Counted from the first letter of the stretch, positions 40,151 to 50,058 are shown. The stretch is DNA of 64,000 bases from an uncultured Acidimicrobiaceae bacterium (GCA_964460075.1 CAYWPC010000010.1:3102-67101), one strand, 5' to 3'. Notes: a model not told the origin generated them from the letters alone. Made by a program: numbers and translations.

Positions 40151-41380
40151 ATGTTCCCTGTGATCGCTGCGGTAGAAGGTGTGCTGCCGAACGCTACGAC
40201 GTTCGTGACGATCGGATTCGCCGCGTTTCTTCTGCCGCTGTTGGCACGAAAGGTCGGCATTCCATCGGTGGTGCTTGAGATCCTGTTCGGACTCCTGATC
40301 GGGCCTCAAGTACTGGGGCTGATCGCTGCAGAATCGACGTCTGAGGGATTCATTCTCGTCCTCGCAGAACTCGGCCTCTTCCTGCTCATGTTCCTTGCCG
40401 GGTTCGAGATCGACTTCACTTCGCTGGAGCGAGAAGGGAGAGGTCCAATCGTCGTCGGTCTCGGCGGGTACGCGATCGTCGTGCTTCTCGCTTGGCTCGG
40501 ATTCGGGTTCCTCGACCTCGCAACGACGAACCAGAGGATATTTCTCACTTTGCTCGTGTCGGCGGCATCGGTCGGAATTATTGTGCCCGCTCTGCGAGGG
40601 ACCAACAGGACGAGCACGCGCCAGGGACAGATCGCGATCGTCATAGGCATTCTCGCGGAGTTCATCGCGGCGACAGGGATCATCGTCTTCTCGGTCTGGG
40701 TCGAGAACGGCTGGGGAGTCCAGCTACTTGCTGTTCCGTTGTTTGCGGTGATCCTTCTCGTATCGCTGTGGCTGATGCGTGTCCTCGCTTGGTGGTACCC
40801 AGAACGTGCAGCGCGACTCTTCGATGCCGACGACCCTGACGAGCTCGGTATCCGATTCTCCCTTGCTCTGTTGTTCGTGTTCGTGGGCGTGTCGATAGCA
40901 CTCGGCATCGATTCGATCCTTGGGGCGTTCATGGCTGGAGCCATATTCGCGTTCGTGTTCCGGAACGCTGGGAACGTAGAAGAGCGCCTTTCGGGTTTCT
41001 CGTACGGGTTTCTCATCCCCATCTTCTTCATCTCGGTCGGTGTCGGATTCCCACTCGATGCGTTTGGGGAAAGGAGCGTCCTCATTGCAGCGATCGGCAC
41101 TATCACGGTGGCGATTGCAGCAAAGGTGCTTCCAGCCCCCTTGTTGATGTTGCGCGGATTGTCGCTGCGCGACAGCCTTGGTGCAGGCGTCCTCGTAGCG
41201 GGCCAGCTGACTGTGATCATCGCCCTCGCAGAGGTCGGTGTCGCGATCGGCGTCATCGACGAGGGACTCGCAGCGGGTGCGGTGCTACTCGTCGGTGTGA
41301 CAGCGATTCTGTCACCTGTGCTGTTCAAGGTGCTCTCGCCGAGTCTGGAAGACCGTCAGGGCGATCGAACTGCGGGTTGA
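40151..41380 (+). CDS. CPA2-family cation:proton antiporter
   Basis: About 12 TM segments; LMFLAGFEID, AEF, LGAFMAG, PIFFISVG and AAKVL motifs. Confidence 0.88.
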   Translation: MFPVIAAVEGVLPNATTFVTIGFAAFLLPLLARKVGIPSVVLEILFGLLIGPQVLGLIAAESTSEGFILVLAELGLFLLMFLAGFEIDFTSLEREGRGPIVVGLGGYAIVVLLAWLGFGFLDLATTNQRIFLTLLVSAASVGIIVPALRGTNRTSTRQGQIAIVIGILAEFIAATGIIVFSVWVENGWGVQLLAVPLFAVILLVSLWLMRVLAWWYPERAARLFDADDPDELGIRFSLALLFVFVGVSIALGIDSILGAFMAGAIFAFVFRNAGNVEERLSGFSYGFLIPIFFISVGVGFPLDAFGERSVLIAAIGTITVAIAAKVLPAPLLMLRGLSLRDSLGAGVLVAGQLTVIIALAEVGVAIGVIDEGLAAGAVLLVGVTAILSPVLFKVLSPSLEDRQGDRTAG

Positions 41381-41382
41381 CC

Positions 41383-42303
41383 TCAAGGTCTTTCGGTGCG
41401 CGCTGTGTCTGAGAGCTCGAGCTTCTGGGCGACTCGAGCGATAACGACGACAACGATGAACGCTGCCACAGCTATGACGAGGGATCCGATGACCTGGCCG
41501 TTGGGAGCCCCAATCGCTGTCGAGTCGACACCGAGCGGCCACGGCCACAGCACTCGCATCGAGGCTGCCATGAGTCCGATCAGTGACGCGAGGACGGCGT
41601 CGTGATACTCGCTGAGTGCCTTGTGTAGGGCCTGAGAGAACAGGGCCAGACCGATGACAGCTCCCGATGTGAACACGACAAGTGATACGAGGTCACGATC
41701 GGTTACCGCACCGAGCACCGGCCCAAACATCCCCATGAGCAGCAGGAGGAATGATCCGGAAATCCCCGGCAGGATCATGGCAGAGATCGCGATTGCCCCT
41801 GCCCCGAAGAATGCCCAAAGGCGGGGGTCCGCGATTTGAGACACCGTGTCCTCGGTTGTGCCCCCACGAAGCCCGAGGAGGACGAAAACGACAACGGTGA
41901 CACTTACGAGTATGAGCACATATGCGCCAGTAACACGCGAGAGCATCTGCCAAGTAACAACGATCGATCCAGCGACGAGCCCAACGAACAGGGCGGCCAT
42001 GAGCACCTGCTGCTGATCAAGCAACCTTGTGATGAGGCCCGCGAGTGATCCGATCGCCAGCAGGATCCCGCCACCGAGTGACAGGATGAAGGTCCACTCG
42101 ACCTCGCCGAGCCAGCGTCTCATTCCCACGATGTCGCCGCGTACGAGATAGCCGAGGGCGGATGAGCCGGCTCGCACGGAGGCGATGAGACGTTCGTAAA
42201 TGCCGAAGATCAGGGCAATCGTGCCACCGGAGACACCAGGGACGACGTCGGCTGCGCCCATGGCGAAGCCGCGGGAGACCGAGAGAACAACAGAGCGAAG
42301 CAT
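41383..42303 (-). CDS. DUF368 membrane protein (undecaprenyl-phosphate translocase family)
   Basis: MGAADVVPGVSGGTIA and AMILPGISGSF repeat motifs; leaderless TACACT-N7-ATG. Confidence 0.88.
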   Translation of the reverse strand: MLRSVVLSVSRGFAMGAADVVPGVSGGTIALIFGIYERLIASVRAGSSALGYLVRGDIVGMRRWLGEVEWTFILSLGGGILLAIGSLAGLITRLLDQQQVLMAALFVGLVAGSIVVTWQMLSRVTGAYVLILVSVTVVVFVLLGLRGGTTEDTVSQIADPRLWAFFGAGAIAISAMILPGISGSFLLLLMGMFGPVLGAVTDRDLVSLVVFTSGAVIGLALFSQALHKALSEYHDAVLASLIGLMAASMRVLWPWPLGVDSTAIGAPNGQVIGSLVIAVAAFIVVVVIARVAQKLELSDTARTERP

Positions 42304-42348
42304 GCACTCGAGTGTAGGTTGACGCGCTACAACAACGAGGTAGCAGCT

Positions 42349-42804
42349 ATGCGAGCGGTCGTTCAGCGAGTACACGACGCGTCGGTGTCGGTCGAAGGTG
42401 ATGTCGTAGCGTCCATCGATCATGGCCTTCTCGTCCTCGTCGGCGTCGTCCCCACCGACACCGTGGCAGACGCCGCGGCGCTTGCGTCGAAGCTCACGTC
42501 AATGCGCATCTTCCCCGACCGTGGAGGGAAGATGAACAGGTCGGTTGGTGAAGTCGAGGGCGCGGTCCTCCTGGTCTCGCAGTTCACGCTCGTCGGTGAC
42601 GTGAGGAGGGGGAGAAGGCCATCGTTCAGCGGAGCCGCTCACCCCGATCATGCCCGCCCAATCATCGACCACATCGCTGCCGAGATGCGCGGCAGCGACG
42701 TTCCCGTGGCGTCGGGTCGATTCGGCGCACACATGAACGTGTCACTCACGAACTGGGGACCGGTGACGTTTGTCGTGGACGTACTCAATGGGAGGATCGC
42801 ATAG
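42349..42804 (+). CDS. dtd: D-aminoacyl-tRNA deacylase
   Basis: MRAVVQRV, SQFTL, GRRPSF, FGAHM and NWGPVT motifs. Confidence 0.95.
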   Translation: MRAVVQRVHDASVSVEGDVVASIDHGLLVLVGVVPTDTVADAAALASKLTSMRIFPDRGGKMNRSVGEVEGAVLLVSQFTLVGDVRRGRRPSFSGAAHPDHARPIIDHIAAEMRGSDVPVASGRFGAHMNVSLTNWGPVTFVVDVLNGRIA

Positions 42805-42819
42805 GGCGACCAAGGTAGG

Positions 42820-42972
42820 ATGTCGTTGTGCCTGATTGAAGGCAACGAGGACGAGGTCGAGGCAGGCATCGACGCCGCTGCCGATTTCGTAGACGACAAG
42901 ACCGGCGGCGAGTACAGCGAGAAGATCGATACCGCCGCAGATCAGGCCAAGAGGCTCCTCGGCGACGAGTAG
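42820..42972 (+). CDS. Small MT0933/Rv0909-like antitoxin-family protein (50 aa, possibly 5'-truncated)
   Basis: Manual translation MSLCLIEGNEDEVEAGIDAAADFVDDKTGGEYSEKIDTAADQAKRLLGDE; the DxKTGGxYSxKID motif is characteristic. Not in the ORF track. Confidence 0.65.
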   Translation: MSLCLIEGNEDEVEAGIDAAADFVDDKTGGEYSEKIDTAADQAKRLLGDE

Positions 42973-43026
42973 GTCTCACTGTCCTGGCAGCAGGGGACTG
43001 CCGTGGAGGTCTACGGATCTGACGCC

Positions 43027-46000
43027 TCAGGTCACGACGGACTTGCCGGCCTCGCAATGGTGGAGGAAGTCGCAGAACCGACATGCGGGTGACGGCGAGG
43101 GGTCGAACGGCCCGGACGTCGCTGCCGCAACAAGGTCTGTGATGTTTGACTGTGCAGCTTGGAGCCAGTCATCGCTGACGACTCTCGTCACTTCCTCACA
43201 CGTCCCGTCACCGAAATAAGCGAACGTGACCTCGACGTTCTGCGGGATGGTGCCGGCTACGGTGCCGTTTGCGACTGCGAGAGCGTACGCCTCAAGCTGA
43301 ACGTTCTTCGCCGCGTCGTCACGCCGTTTGCCTGACTTGTAATCGACAATCTCCCATGTGCCGTCGTCACCGTCGTAGATGGCGTCGATCTTGCCCCTAA
43401 TGGTTCCTGGTTCGAGTCCGAGGACGAACGGTATTTCCACGAAGCGGGCCTGCATGCGGTGGAAGCGAGACCGAGCAAAGGCCTCCCAAGGGTCGCTTCG
43501 TGTCGGGCGCACAGTGGTGGCACCTTTGATGTGTACGGTGTCGAAGGCTCCGGTAGACGGATCGTCGAGGGCCACCACGCCGAGGTTGTGGAGCTCGACT
43601 TGTCGATGGAATCGGGTGCCGAGCGCAGCGGAGACCTGTGGGCGTCTGGGCAATCGGTCGTGCTGGATCCACTTGAACTTGAGGGGACACTCTGCGAGTG
43701 CGACCAGGTTCGTCACCGAAGTCGAGAACACGGTTCTGGTCGCTTCAGCCTTTGGAAGTTGGAGGTTGCCGATCTCCATGATGAGCTGTTCTGTTCGGTT
43801 GTGCACAGTGTCGACCATATCCGGGAAGTGATCCGTGATCCAGTGTGGATCACGGATTCGCTCACGCAGGGCACTCGTCCAGCCTCCTGGAAACAAAGGA
43901 TCAGGAGGGTCTGCAGGCTCCTCATGGGATCTCGGTGCCGGTTTGGGCCCGGCATCGTCCGTCCAGACGAGTGCGGTCGCCCCCGGCGTGTCGTTGGCTA
44001 TCTCAAGGAGCGGTGAAGGCGTACGAGGCCTCGTCACATCTCGGTCCCAAGCGTGGCCCGTCATGATGAGGTCGTGTTTTGCTCTTGTCACCGCGACATA
44101 CGCCAACCGCCACTCTGCAACGTTGTGGCGGGCACTGAGAATCTCTCTGCACTCTTGTGGCGACGCCGCACCTTGCACCGCTGCAAACGACGACCTGTCG
44201 AGACGGAGTTCGTACGGCAAGACAAGGGCCGATCTGCCCGGGTCGTCATAGGTTCGCACACCCGCTGGGAACGTGCCCTTGGCTAGGGACGGCAGGAACA
44301 CGATCGGCCACTCGAGGCCCTTCGCGGCATGAGCCGTGATCAGATGAACGACGTTTGACGACGTGTCCGCGGCCGCATCCAGTTCCTCGCCGGGTGATGC
44401 ATCATCGAGAGCGTCGACGTAGCGCAGAAACGCAGTGAGTGTCGGGGTGCCGTCGAGTGGTCTCCAGCGGCGGGTGAGCGAGGCGAACCGGCCGATATTG
44501 GCCCGTGCCGTTGCTGCGTCCGATGGCGACTGGGCTGCAACCTCGTCCCAGAATCCGAGGTTGGTGATCGTCATCTCGAGGATGCGGGGAACAGGGAGCA
44601 TCTGCGAGCGGGTGTACATATCTATGTGCAGCACTCCGAAGCGTTCGAGCCTGGCTCTCCCTTCGCTCGAGAGGCCTTCGATGTCGTCGAGATGCTCGAG
44701 CGCCACAGCCAAGTTGCGCGTTTCGACGTGTCCACACCATCTCCTCAGTCTCGAGATGTCGCGCATGCCGACCCGGAACATGCCTCCCAGGAGTATCCGT
44801 AGGAGTGACGGCTCGTCCGCTGGGTTTGCGAGGATTCGTAGCCAGGCGAGGAGATCTGCAACCTCAGGAACCGTGAGCAGGCCACCCATGGAACTGACGG
44901 CGTAGGGAATGTCTGCGTTTCTGAGGGCGTCCGCGATGGCGGGGATCGCTGATCTCTTGCGGCACAGGATCGCAACGTCGCACCATGACGAGCCGGATTC
45001 GCGACGGCGGTGTATCTGGTCGGCAATCCATTCGGCCTCATCATCATCTGTGGCGAACCACCCGACGCTGAGGCTTCCGTCTGCGGCGCCCTCACACGGA
45101 GTCAAAGGTTTGGAGGCTTCGATACGGGGGAGGTGACCCTGGATCTTGTTCGCCAACGCAAGGATGACCGTGTCAGAACGCCGGTTGATGCTCAGGGGGA
45201 GCGTCTCGGTCGGTAGACCATCTCTTCGAGGGAAGTGCACAGGGAAGTTGGCGAAGTTGTCAAGCGATGCGCCCCGCCAGTCGTAGATCGTCTGATCGGC
45301 ATCTCCGACGGCGGTCACAGGCTTGCCATCCCCGAATACGGAGGTGAGCAGCCGGCGCTGAGCCGGATCGGTGTCCTGGTATTCGTCGAGGAGAACCGTG
45401 TCGTATCGATCCGAGATCCCTGAGGCGACGTCTGGGAAGCCCTCGACGATCTCCACAGCGAGCCTGATGAGGTCGCCGTACTCGAGAAAGTGCAGGTCAC
45501 GTTTCGCCGAGGCGTAGCGGTCGGCAGCATGTGTCAGGGAGATGCGTGCCTTCCACACGTCATCCAAGGTAGCGGGTGCTGCATCTAGCACATCTTGCGC
45601 GGTGAGCAGGTTCGCGGTCATCGAGTCGGCAACGGTGAGTAACTCCTCCCTCCGTCTTGACAGGGATGAGAGATCGAGGTCCGTCGAGTCGAGATCTCGA
45701 AGGACTCGGTATGCAAGTTCCGATCGGTGACCTTGGTCCATCAGGGCCGATGCGGGCTCGTAACCAACGAAGGCTCCGAACTCGTCGAGGATCGACGACG
45801 CGAAACCGTGATACGTCGTCACCTCGACTTCTCTGTCATCGTCCCTATCACCGATAGCTTCCCGTAGCCGGGTCCGTAACTCGTCTGCGGCCTTGTTGGT
45901 GAAGGTGATCCCCAGAGCTCTCGTAGGGTCTCCCCCGCTATGTACCACTGCAGCGAAGCGCTCAACGATCGTTGTGGTCTTTCCGGTGCCTGCGCCCGCG

Positions 46001-46071
46001 ACGACTCGCAGCGGCACGGGCGGGTAGTCGATGATTGCCTGTTGTTCTGCGGTAGGTACGAACTTGGTCAT
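43027..46071 (-). CDS. adnB: UvrD-like helicase-nuclease, AdnB subunit
   Basis: AGAGTGKT, DEYQD, VGDADQTIYDWRG, TAHAAKGLEWP and LAYVAVTRAK motifs; C-terminal nuclease GKIDA-IVDYKSG-QLEAYA with C...CRFCDFLHHC. Confidence 0.88.
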   Translation of the reverse strand: MTKFVPTAEQQAIIDYPPVPLRVVAGAGTGKTTTIVERFAAVVHSGGDPTRALGITFTNKAADELRTRLREAIGDRDDDREVEVTTYHGFASSILDEFGAFVGYEPASALMDQGHRSELAYRVLRDLDSTDLDLSSLSRRREELLTVADSMTANLLTAQDVLDAAPATLDDVWKARISLTHAADRYASAKRDLHFLEYGDLIRLAVEIVEGFPDVASGISDRYDTVLLDEYQDTDPAQRRLLTSVFGDGKPVTAVGDADQTIYDWRGASLDNFANFPVHFPRRDGLPTETLPLSINRRSDTVILALANKIQGHLPRIEASKPLTPCEGAADGSLSVGWFATDDDEAEWIADQIHRRRESGSSWCDVAILCRKRSAIPAIADALRNADIPYAVSSMGGLLTVPEVADLLAWLRILANPADEPSLLRILLGGMFRVGMRDISRLRRWCGHVETRNLAVALEHLDDIEGLSSEGRARLERFGVLHIDMYTRSQMLPVPRILEMTITNLGFWDEVAAQSPSDAATARANIGRFASLTRRWRPLDGTPTLTAFLRYVDALDDASPGEELDAAADTSSNVVHLITAHAAKGLEWPIVFLPSLAKGTFPAGVRTYDDPGRSALVLPYELRLDRSSFAAVQGAASPQECREILSARHNVAEWRLAYVAVTRAKHDLIMTGHAWDRDVTRPRTPSPLLEIANDTPGATALVWTDDAGPKPAPRSHEEPADPPDPLFPGGWTSALRERIRDPHWITDHFPDMVDTVHNRTEQLIMEIGNLQLPKAEATRTVFSTSVTNLVALAECPLKFKWIQHDRLPRRPQVSAALGTRFHRQVELHNLGVVALDDPSTGAFDTVHIKGATTVRPTRSDPWEAFARSRFHRMQARFVEIPFVLGLEPGTIRGKIDAIYDGDDGTWEIVDYKSGKRRDDAAKNVQLEAYALAVANGTVAGTIPQNVEVTFAYFGDGTCEEVTRVVSDDWLQAAQSNITDLVAAATSGPFDPSPSPACRFCDFLHHCEAGKSVVT

Positions 46072-49055
46072 TGGGCGAAGGCCTCTCTTCCTTGAGGCTG
46101 GGCCGGGCAGACGAGGGCGACATCGCATCGGTCGCAATGTTTGCCGACGACCGGATCGAACCGCTCAGCGGCGATGGCCTTGGTGATGGCCTCGAGTTCC
46201 GCGGTCACTCCATCGAGTTGCGAGGGCTCAAGTGACCGGGTGACGATGCTGGTCTTGTTCGGGTCGATTCGCGGATACCAGAACTCGGCTCCGACGATCG
46301 ATCCCTTGGAGACAAGGGACGCATCATCTCTGGCGGCCAGAACGTAGTAGCCGAGCTGGAGTGACACCGCGGCGTCCGCAACTCTCACCGCTGATCCCGA
46401 CGTCTTGTAGTCGACGACGAAGAGCTCCTCGCCTCTTTGCTCGATACGGTCGGCCCGGCCCGTCCAGGGAACTCCTGCAACCGTATACGGCAGCTCTCTC
46501 TCGAAGGCCACGGGAACCCCAGAGGTTGGCCAGCGCTCGTAGAGGTTGTCCAGCGTAGTTTCGGCCCTCTCCCTCCACGATCTTCCCACAGCGTCGTCGT
46601 CGAAGCCCGCATCAGCCCACAGATCGTCGAGACACGCCTGGGCCTCTCTCCGTGTGGAACGCTGTCTGTCGTCCTCGACGGCTTGACGCTCGGCAACCTC
46701 GATGACCTTGTGGATGAGCGTGCCGAACTTCATGTGGTCACTGGTTTCGCTCCGCGAAAGCAGGTGCCTGCCTATGGCGTACTGCCGTGGGCAGGTGGCA
46801 TACGCTGTCGCCTGGCTCGGTGATAGCCGAAGCTGGTCAGGGACGATGTGGCGATGCGGACCTGATTCGAGTGCACCGTACCGGGTCATCGGATCCGATA
46901 AGCCGACGTGCGTGCCTCCAGCGAGCACGTCGATCGCCGCTAGCCGTTGGATGGCTGGTGCCTCAGGATCCTTGGCGGTCAGACGAAGCGCGGCTTCGAA
47001 CGAGCGAGGAGTCAGCGGCTCTGTGTTTCGATGTGGTGGTGTGATGGATGCCACGAGGGGAAGGAATCGGCTGGGCTGAGGTCCGTTTGGGACGGCGTCG
47101 TTGCTGGTCGCGGTCCATACGACGCGAGACGTTGCTCTGGTCATAGCGGTGTAGGCAAGCCGGCGTTCCTCGTCGAGCCGGAATGCAACGTAGTCGCTGG
47201 TCCTCGCGGGAAGGTGCGGGTTGAGGAGCCGCACGCCGAGGAGCGAGTCGCGCGATCGAAGATCCGGCAGGTCGCCCTCGACGGCGTTCGCGATGTAGAC
47301 GACATCGAAATCGGTGCCCTTGGCTCTGTGCAGTGTTGCGATCGTGACGCCGCCATCGTCAGCGGATCGGAAGGAGAACAGCGGATCCGCTTCGAAATCG
47401 GTTCCTGCCACGAGTGTTCCGTGGTCGGTAAGGGTCGCCCCAGGCGATCGTTCGACGAGCCGCGTGAGTACCTGGTCGAATGCAGCCCACGCACGCCGAT
47501 CGGCCAGGTGATCCGCGTCGAGCGCTACGGGAACGAGTTGCGGGAGCGTGGACCACACATGCCAGAGCCCGACGGGAGCCGGCACATCGCAGGCCCACGA
47601 AGCGTCATCGATGAGCGTCGCGAGGCGTTGGCCCTGAGGAACCCTCGATGCGATGAGTGCGGACCACGTAGCTCCATCTGCGGCCAAGCGGGCGAGGTGA
47701 TTAACGGTTCCATACGGCACGGCGAAGAACGGGCTCAGGAGAACTCGTTCGATCGCGAGGCCGGCACCTTCGTCCGTTCCGGTGGCGAGCACGAGGTCGT
47801 GGACGAGGCGGACGACGGGCTCGTCTGTAAGCCTGCTCTCTGTGAAGGAGTGGGGGAGAGAGCGACGCTCGAGCGCCGTTGCCAGCTCGCTGCCAAAGTC
47901 AGACTTCGTTCTTGTGAAAACGGCGACGCGCTCGAGCGGCACACCGTCGAGGAGGTGGACACGCTCGATGTCGGATGCGATCCAGTCGGCTTCGTCGTGG
48001 ATCGTCGTAAACGTGTGGGCGGCAACGCTTCCACCCGTCCGTGTGCTGTGCACCCTCCCCGCTCCTCCTGGCAGTTCACGCGCTGTGACACGGACGGCCG
48101 CATCGAGAATCTCGGAAGGAACCCGGAAGGATGTGGTGAGCACGATGCGCTCGGCCTCGGTTCCGAGGCGTTCCTCTGTGTCTTGGGGGAACGTGAACAC
48201 GTTGTTGATGTTCGTGCCGCGGAATGAATATATCGACTGATAGGGGTCCGCTGCGACCGTGAGGCTCGATCCCGGTGCGGCGAGCCGGAAGAGCATCTCT
48301 GCGTGAGCGTGAGACGAGTCCTGGTACTCATCAGCCACGATGAGGTCGTAAGGATCTGCGATCTCGGGTATCGCGCCGAGCGCGGCGACGGCCTCGGTGA
48401 GAATCCTTCCGTAGTCGGTTCGGTGTTGTGCAGTGAGGTATGCGTTGTACCGGTCGAAGAATCCGGCCATCGCGATGAGCCTCGGGTCGCTCATCGTCGT
48501 GAGATCTTCTGGGGTGATGAGCTGCTCGTGGCATCGCAGGATGAAGTCGGTGACCTCACTGGCCATCATGGGCGAGTCGAGGAGCGTTCGGTGGCCCGGG
48601 GGCCATGCAGACGGTGTCTCGGATGCGAGGAGGTCTGCCACGACCTTCTCTTGCTCCGCTGCGGTGAGCACGCTCGGCGTCCTCTCCCAGCCGAGGCTTG
48701 CAGCGTTCGCTTCGACGATGCGCATCGCGAGACTGTGATATGTGGCGACGTGGATGCGTTGTGCGAAGGGACCGATCATGTCGACGAGGCGTCGTCGAAG
48801 ATCGTTTACACCTGATCGCGAGAAGCCGAGAGCGAGGATCGCCTCTGGTGCGATGTGAGCATCGGCGATGGCAGCGTTCACGCGTGCAACGAGGAAGTGT
48901 GTCTTGCCCGTTCCCGGACCGCCAACAACGATCTGTGGCCGATCTGGTGGTGCGACAGAGCCACTCCAGTCTTGCGGTCCGAGTCTCGTCTCGATCAGCG
49001 GCATCGCACGAGCCTCTACGGTGACGGGGTCGAGTGGCGGGTCATCATCCGGCAT
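46068..49055 (-). CDS. adnA: UvrD-like helicase-nuclease, AdnA subunit
   Basis: GGPGTGKT, ADEYQD, TLHRAKG and EERRLAYTAMTRA motifs; C-terminal GRADRI-VVDYKTSG-QLGYY with C...CDRCDVALVC. Confidence 0.85.
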   Translation of the reverse strand: MPDDDPPLDPVTVEARAMPLIETRLGPQDWSGSVAPPDRPQIVVGGPGTGKTHFLVARVNAAIADAHIAPEAILALGFSRSGVNDLRRRLVDMIGPFAQRIHVATYHSLAMRIVEANAASLGWERTPSVLTAAEQEKVVADLLASETPSAWPPGHRTLLDSPMMASEVTDFILRCHEQLITPEDLTTMSDPRLIAMAGFFDRYNAYLTAQHRTDYGRILTEAVAALGAIPEIADPYDLIVADEYQDSSHAHAEMLFRLAAPGSSLTVAADPYQSIYSFRGTNINNVFTFPQDTEERLGTEAERIVLTTSFRVPSEILDAAVRVTARELPGGAGRVHSTRTGGSVAAHTFTTIHDEADWIASDIERVHLLDGVPLERVAVFTRTKSDFGSELATALERRSLPHSFTESRLTDEPVVRLVHDLVLATGTDEGAGLAIERVLLSPFFAVPYGTVNHLARLAADGATWSALIASRVPQGQRLATLIDDASWACDVPAPVGLWHVWSTLPQLVPVALDADHLADRRAWAAFDQVLTRLVERSPGATLTDHGTLVAGTDFEADPLFSFRSADDGGVTIATLHRAKGTDFDVVYIANAVEGDLPDLRSRDSLLGVRLLNPHLPARTSDYVAFRLDEERRLAYTAMTRATSRVVWTATSNDAVPNGPQPSRFLPLVASITPPHRNTEPLTPRSFEAALRLTAKDPEAPAIQRLAAIDVLAGGTHVGLSDPMTRYGALESGPHRHIVPDQLRLSPSQATAYATCPRQYAIGRHLLSRSETSDHMKFGTLIHKVIEVAERQAVEDDRQRSTRREAQACLDDLWADAGFDDDAVGRSWRERAETTLDNLYERWPTSGVPVAFERELPYTVAGVPWTGRADRIEQRGEELFVVDYKTSGSAVRVADAAVSLQLGYYVLAARDDASLVSKGSIVGAEFWYPRIDPNKTSIVTRSLEPSQLDGVTAELEAITKAIAAERFDPVVGKHCDRCDVALVCPAQPQGREAFAQ

Positions 49056-49875
49056 CGGCGGTCTGCCATGCAGGACACAGCGTTGCCTTGAAGTCGCACC
49101 AGTCGCACAACGCAGACGTGGTAGGTGGCCACGTATCGGTCTCAATCGCATGCTCGATTGCCGTCCACAGCGCCTCGAGTTGACGTTCCATGGCATCGAG
49201 CTGTGCGTCGGTGATATCCATGGTGTACTCGGTTGGCCCGTTGAGATACAGGAGTCGAACGCGGTCGGGCGTGACGCCCTTGGTGATTCGGATCAGCAAC
49301 GCGTAGATTTTCAGGGCGAAGAAGGCCTTGTGTGCGAATCGTTGCGGCGGGGCTCTCCCCGTCTTGTAGTCGGTGATCACCAGCACTTCTCGCACGGAGC
49401 CGTCGGTATCGACCTCGGTGATGTGCTCCATTCGGTCGAGGATTCCCCTGATCGTCATGTCGTTCACCGGAACCGTGAGGTCCATCTCGAGCTCGAGCGG
49501 TTCGAATGACGACGGATCCTCCACCGTGAAGTATGAGGCGAGAAGCTCAAGAGACTCAATTCCCCATTGGCGTTCGTCGTCGAGAGACGTGAACAGATCC
49601 GGGTATTCATCAGTTTTGAGCTCGGTCCATGCGGATCGAAAGAGGTCGTAGAGCTGCTCGGGTGTTCGCTGCGCAGCGGGGAGTTGGAACAGACGTTCGA
49701 GGGCGAGATGTGCCGTTGTGCCTCGAGCCTGGTGTACGGTCGGCTCGGTTGGGATCTTGTCGATGGATTTGAACTTGTACAGCTGAGGGCACGTCTTGAA
49801 ATCGCTGGCCCTGCTCGGAGACAGACTCGTCAGCGTGTGCCCTGTCGTGGGGGTGTCGGTGGGTTCGGTAGCCAT
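49045..49875 (-). CDS. RecB-family/Cas4-like exonuclease (Rv2119-like)
   Basis: LSPSRASDFKTCP, RGTTAHLALE, RGILDRM, TDYKTG and CDWCDFKATLC motifs; overlaps the adnA start. Confidence 0.88.
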   Translation of the reverse strand: MATEPTDTPTTGHTLTSLSPSRASDFKTCPQLYKFKSIDKIPTEPTVHQARGTTAHLALERLFQLPAAQRTPEQLYDLFRSAWTELKTDEYPDLFTSLDDERQWGIESLELLASYFTVEDPSSFEPLELEMDLTVPVNDMTIRGILDRMEHITEVDTDGSVREVLVITDYKTGRAPPQRFAHKAFFALKIYALLIRITKGVTPDRVRLLYLNGPTEYTMDITDAQLDAMERQLEALWTAIEHAIETDTWPPTTSALCDWCDFKATLCPAWQTADAG

Positions 49876-49881
49876 GCTCGC

Positions 49882-49903
49882 AGCGTACTTGCCTGCTGTG
49901 ACA
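49882..49903 (-). promoter_or_regulatory. PafBC/RecA-NDp-type DNA-damage promoter (TGTCAC-N10-TACGCT), leaderless
   Basis: Minus strand reads TGTCAC agcaggcaag TACGCT gcgagc ATG, matching the spacing of the TGTCRG-N10-TANNNT consensus (5/6 in the upstream element). Confidence 0.65.
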
Positions 49904-49977
49904 GAAATGGGTTCAGCGAGTCGTCTCGTGGGCGTGTTGCTCGAAGGGATGCAGACCGCACGAGTGAGGCTGCTGTT

Positions 49978-50051
49978 CGCGAAAAACGTGTGTGGGTCGC
50001 GAAAAGCACATGACGTTGTGAGCTACACAGGTGACGGCAGTTCCGTAGTTT
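49978..50051 (+). promoter_or_regulatory. Candidate ncRNA-A promoter: tandem CGCGAAAA boxes plus -10 TAGTTT
   Basis: Boxes at 49978-49985 and 49998-50005; -10 at 50046-50051, the same offset as in unit B. Confidence 0.6.
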
Positions 50052-50058
50052 CCCAAAT

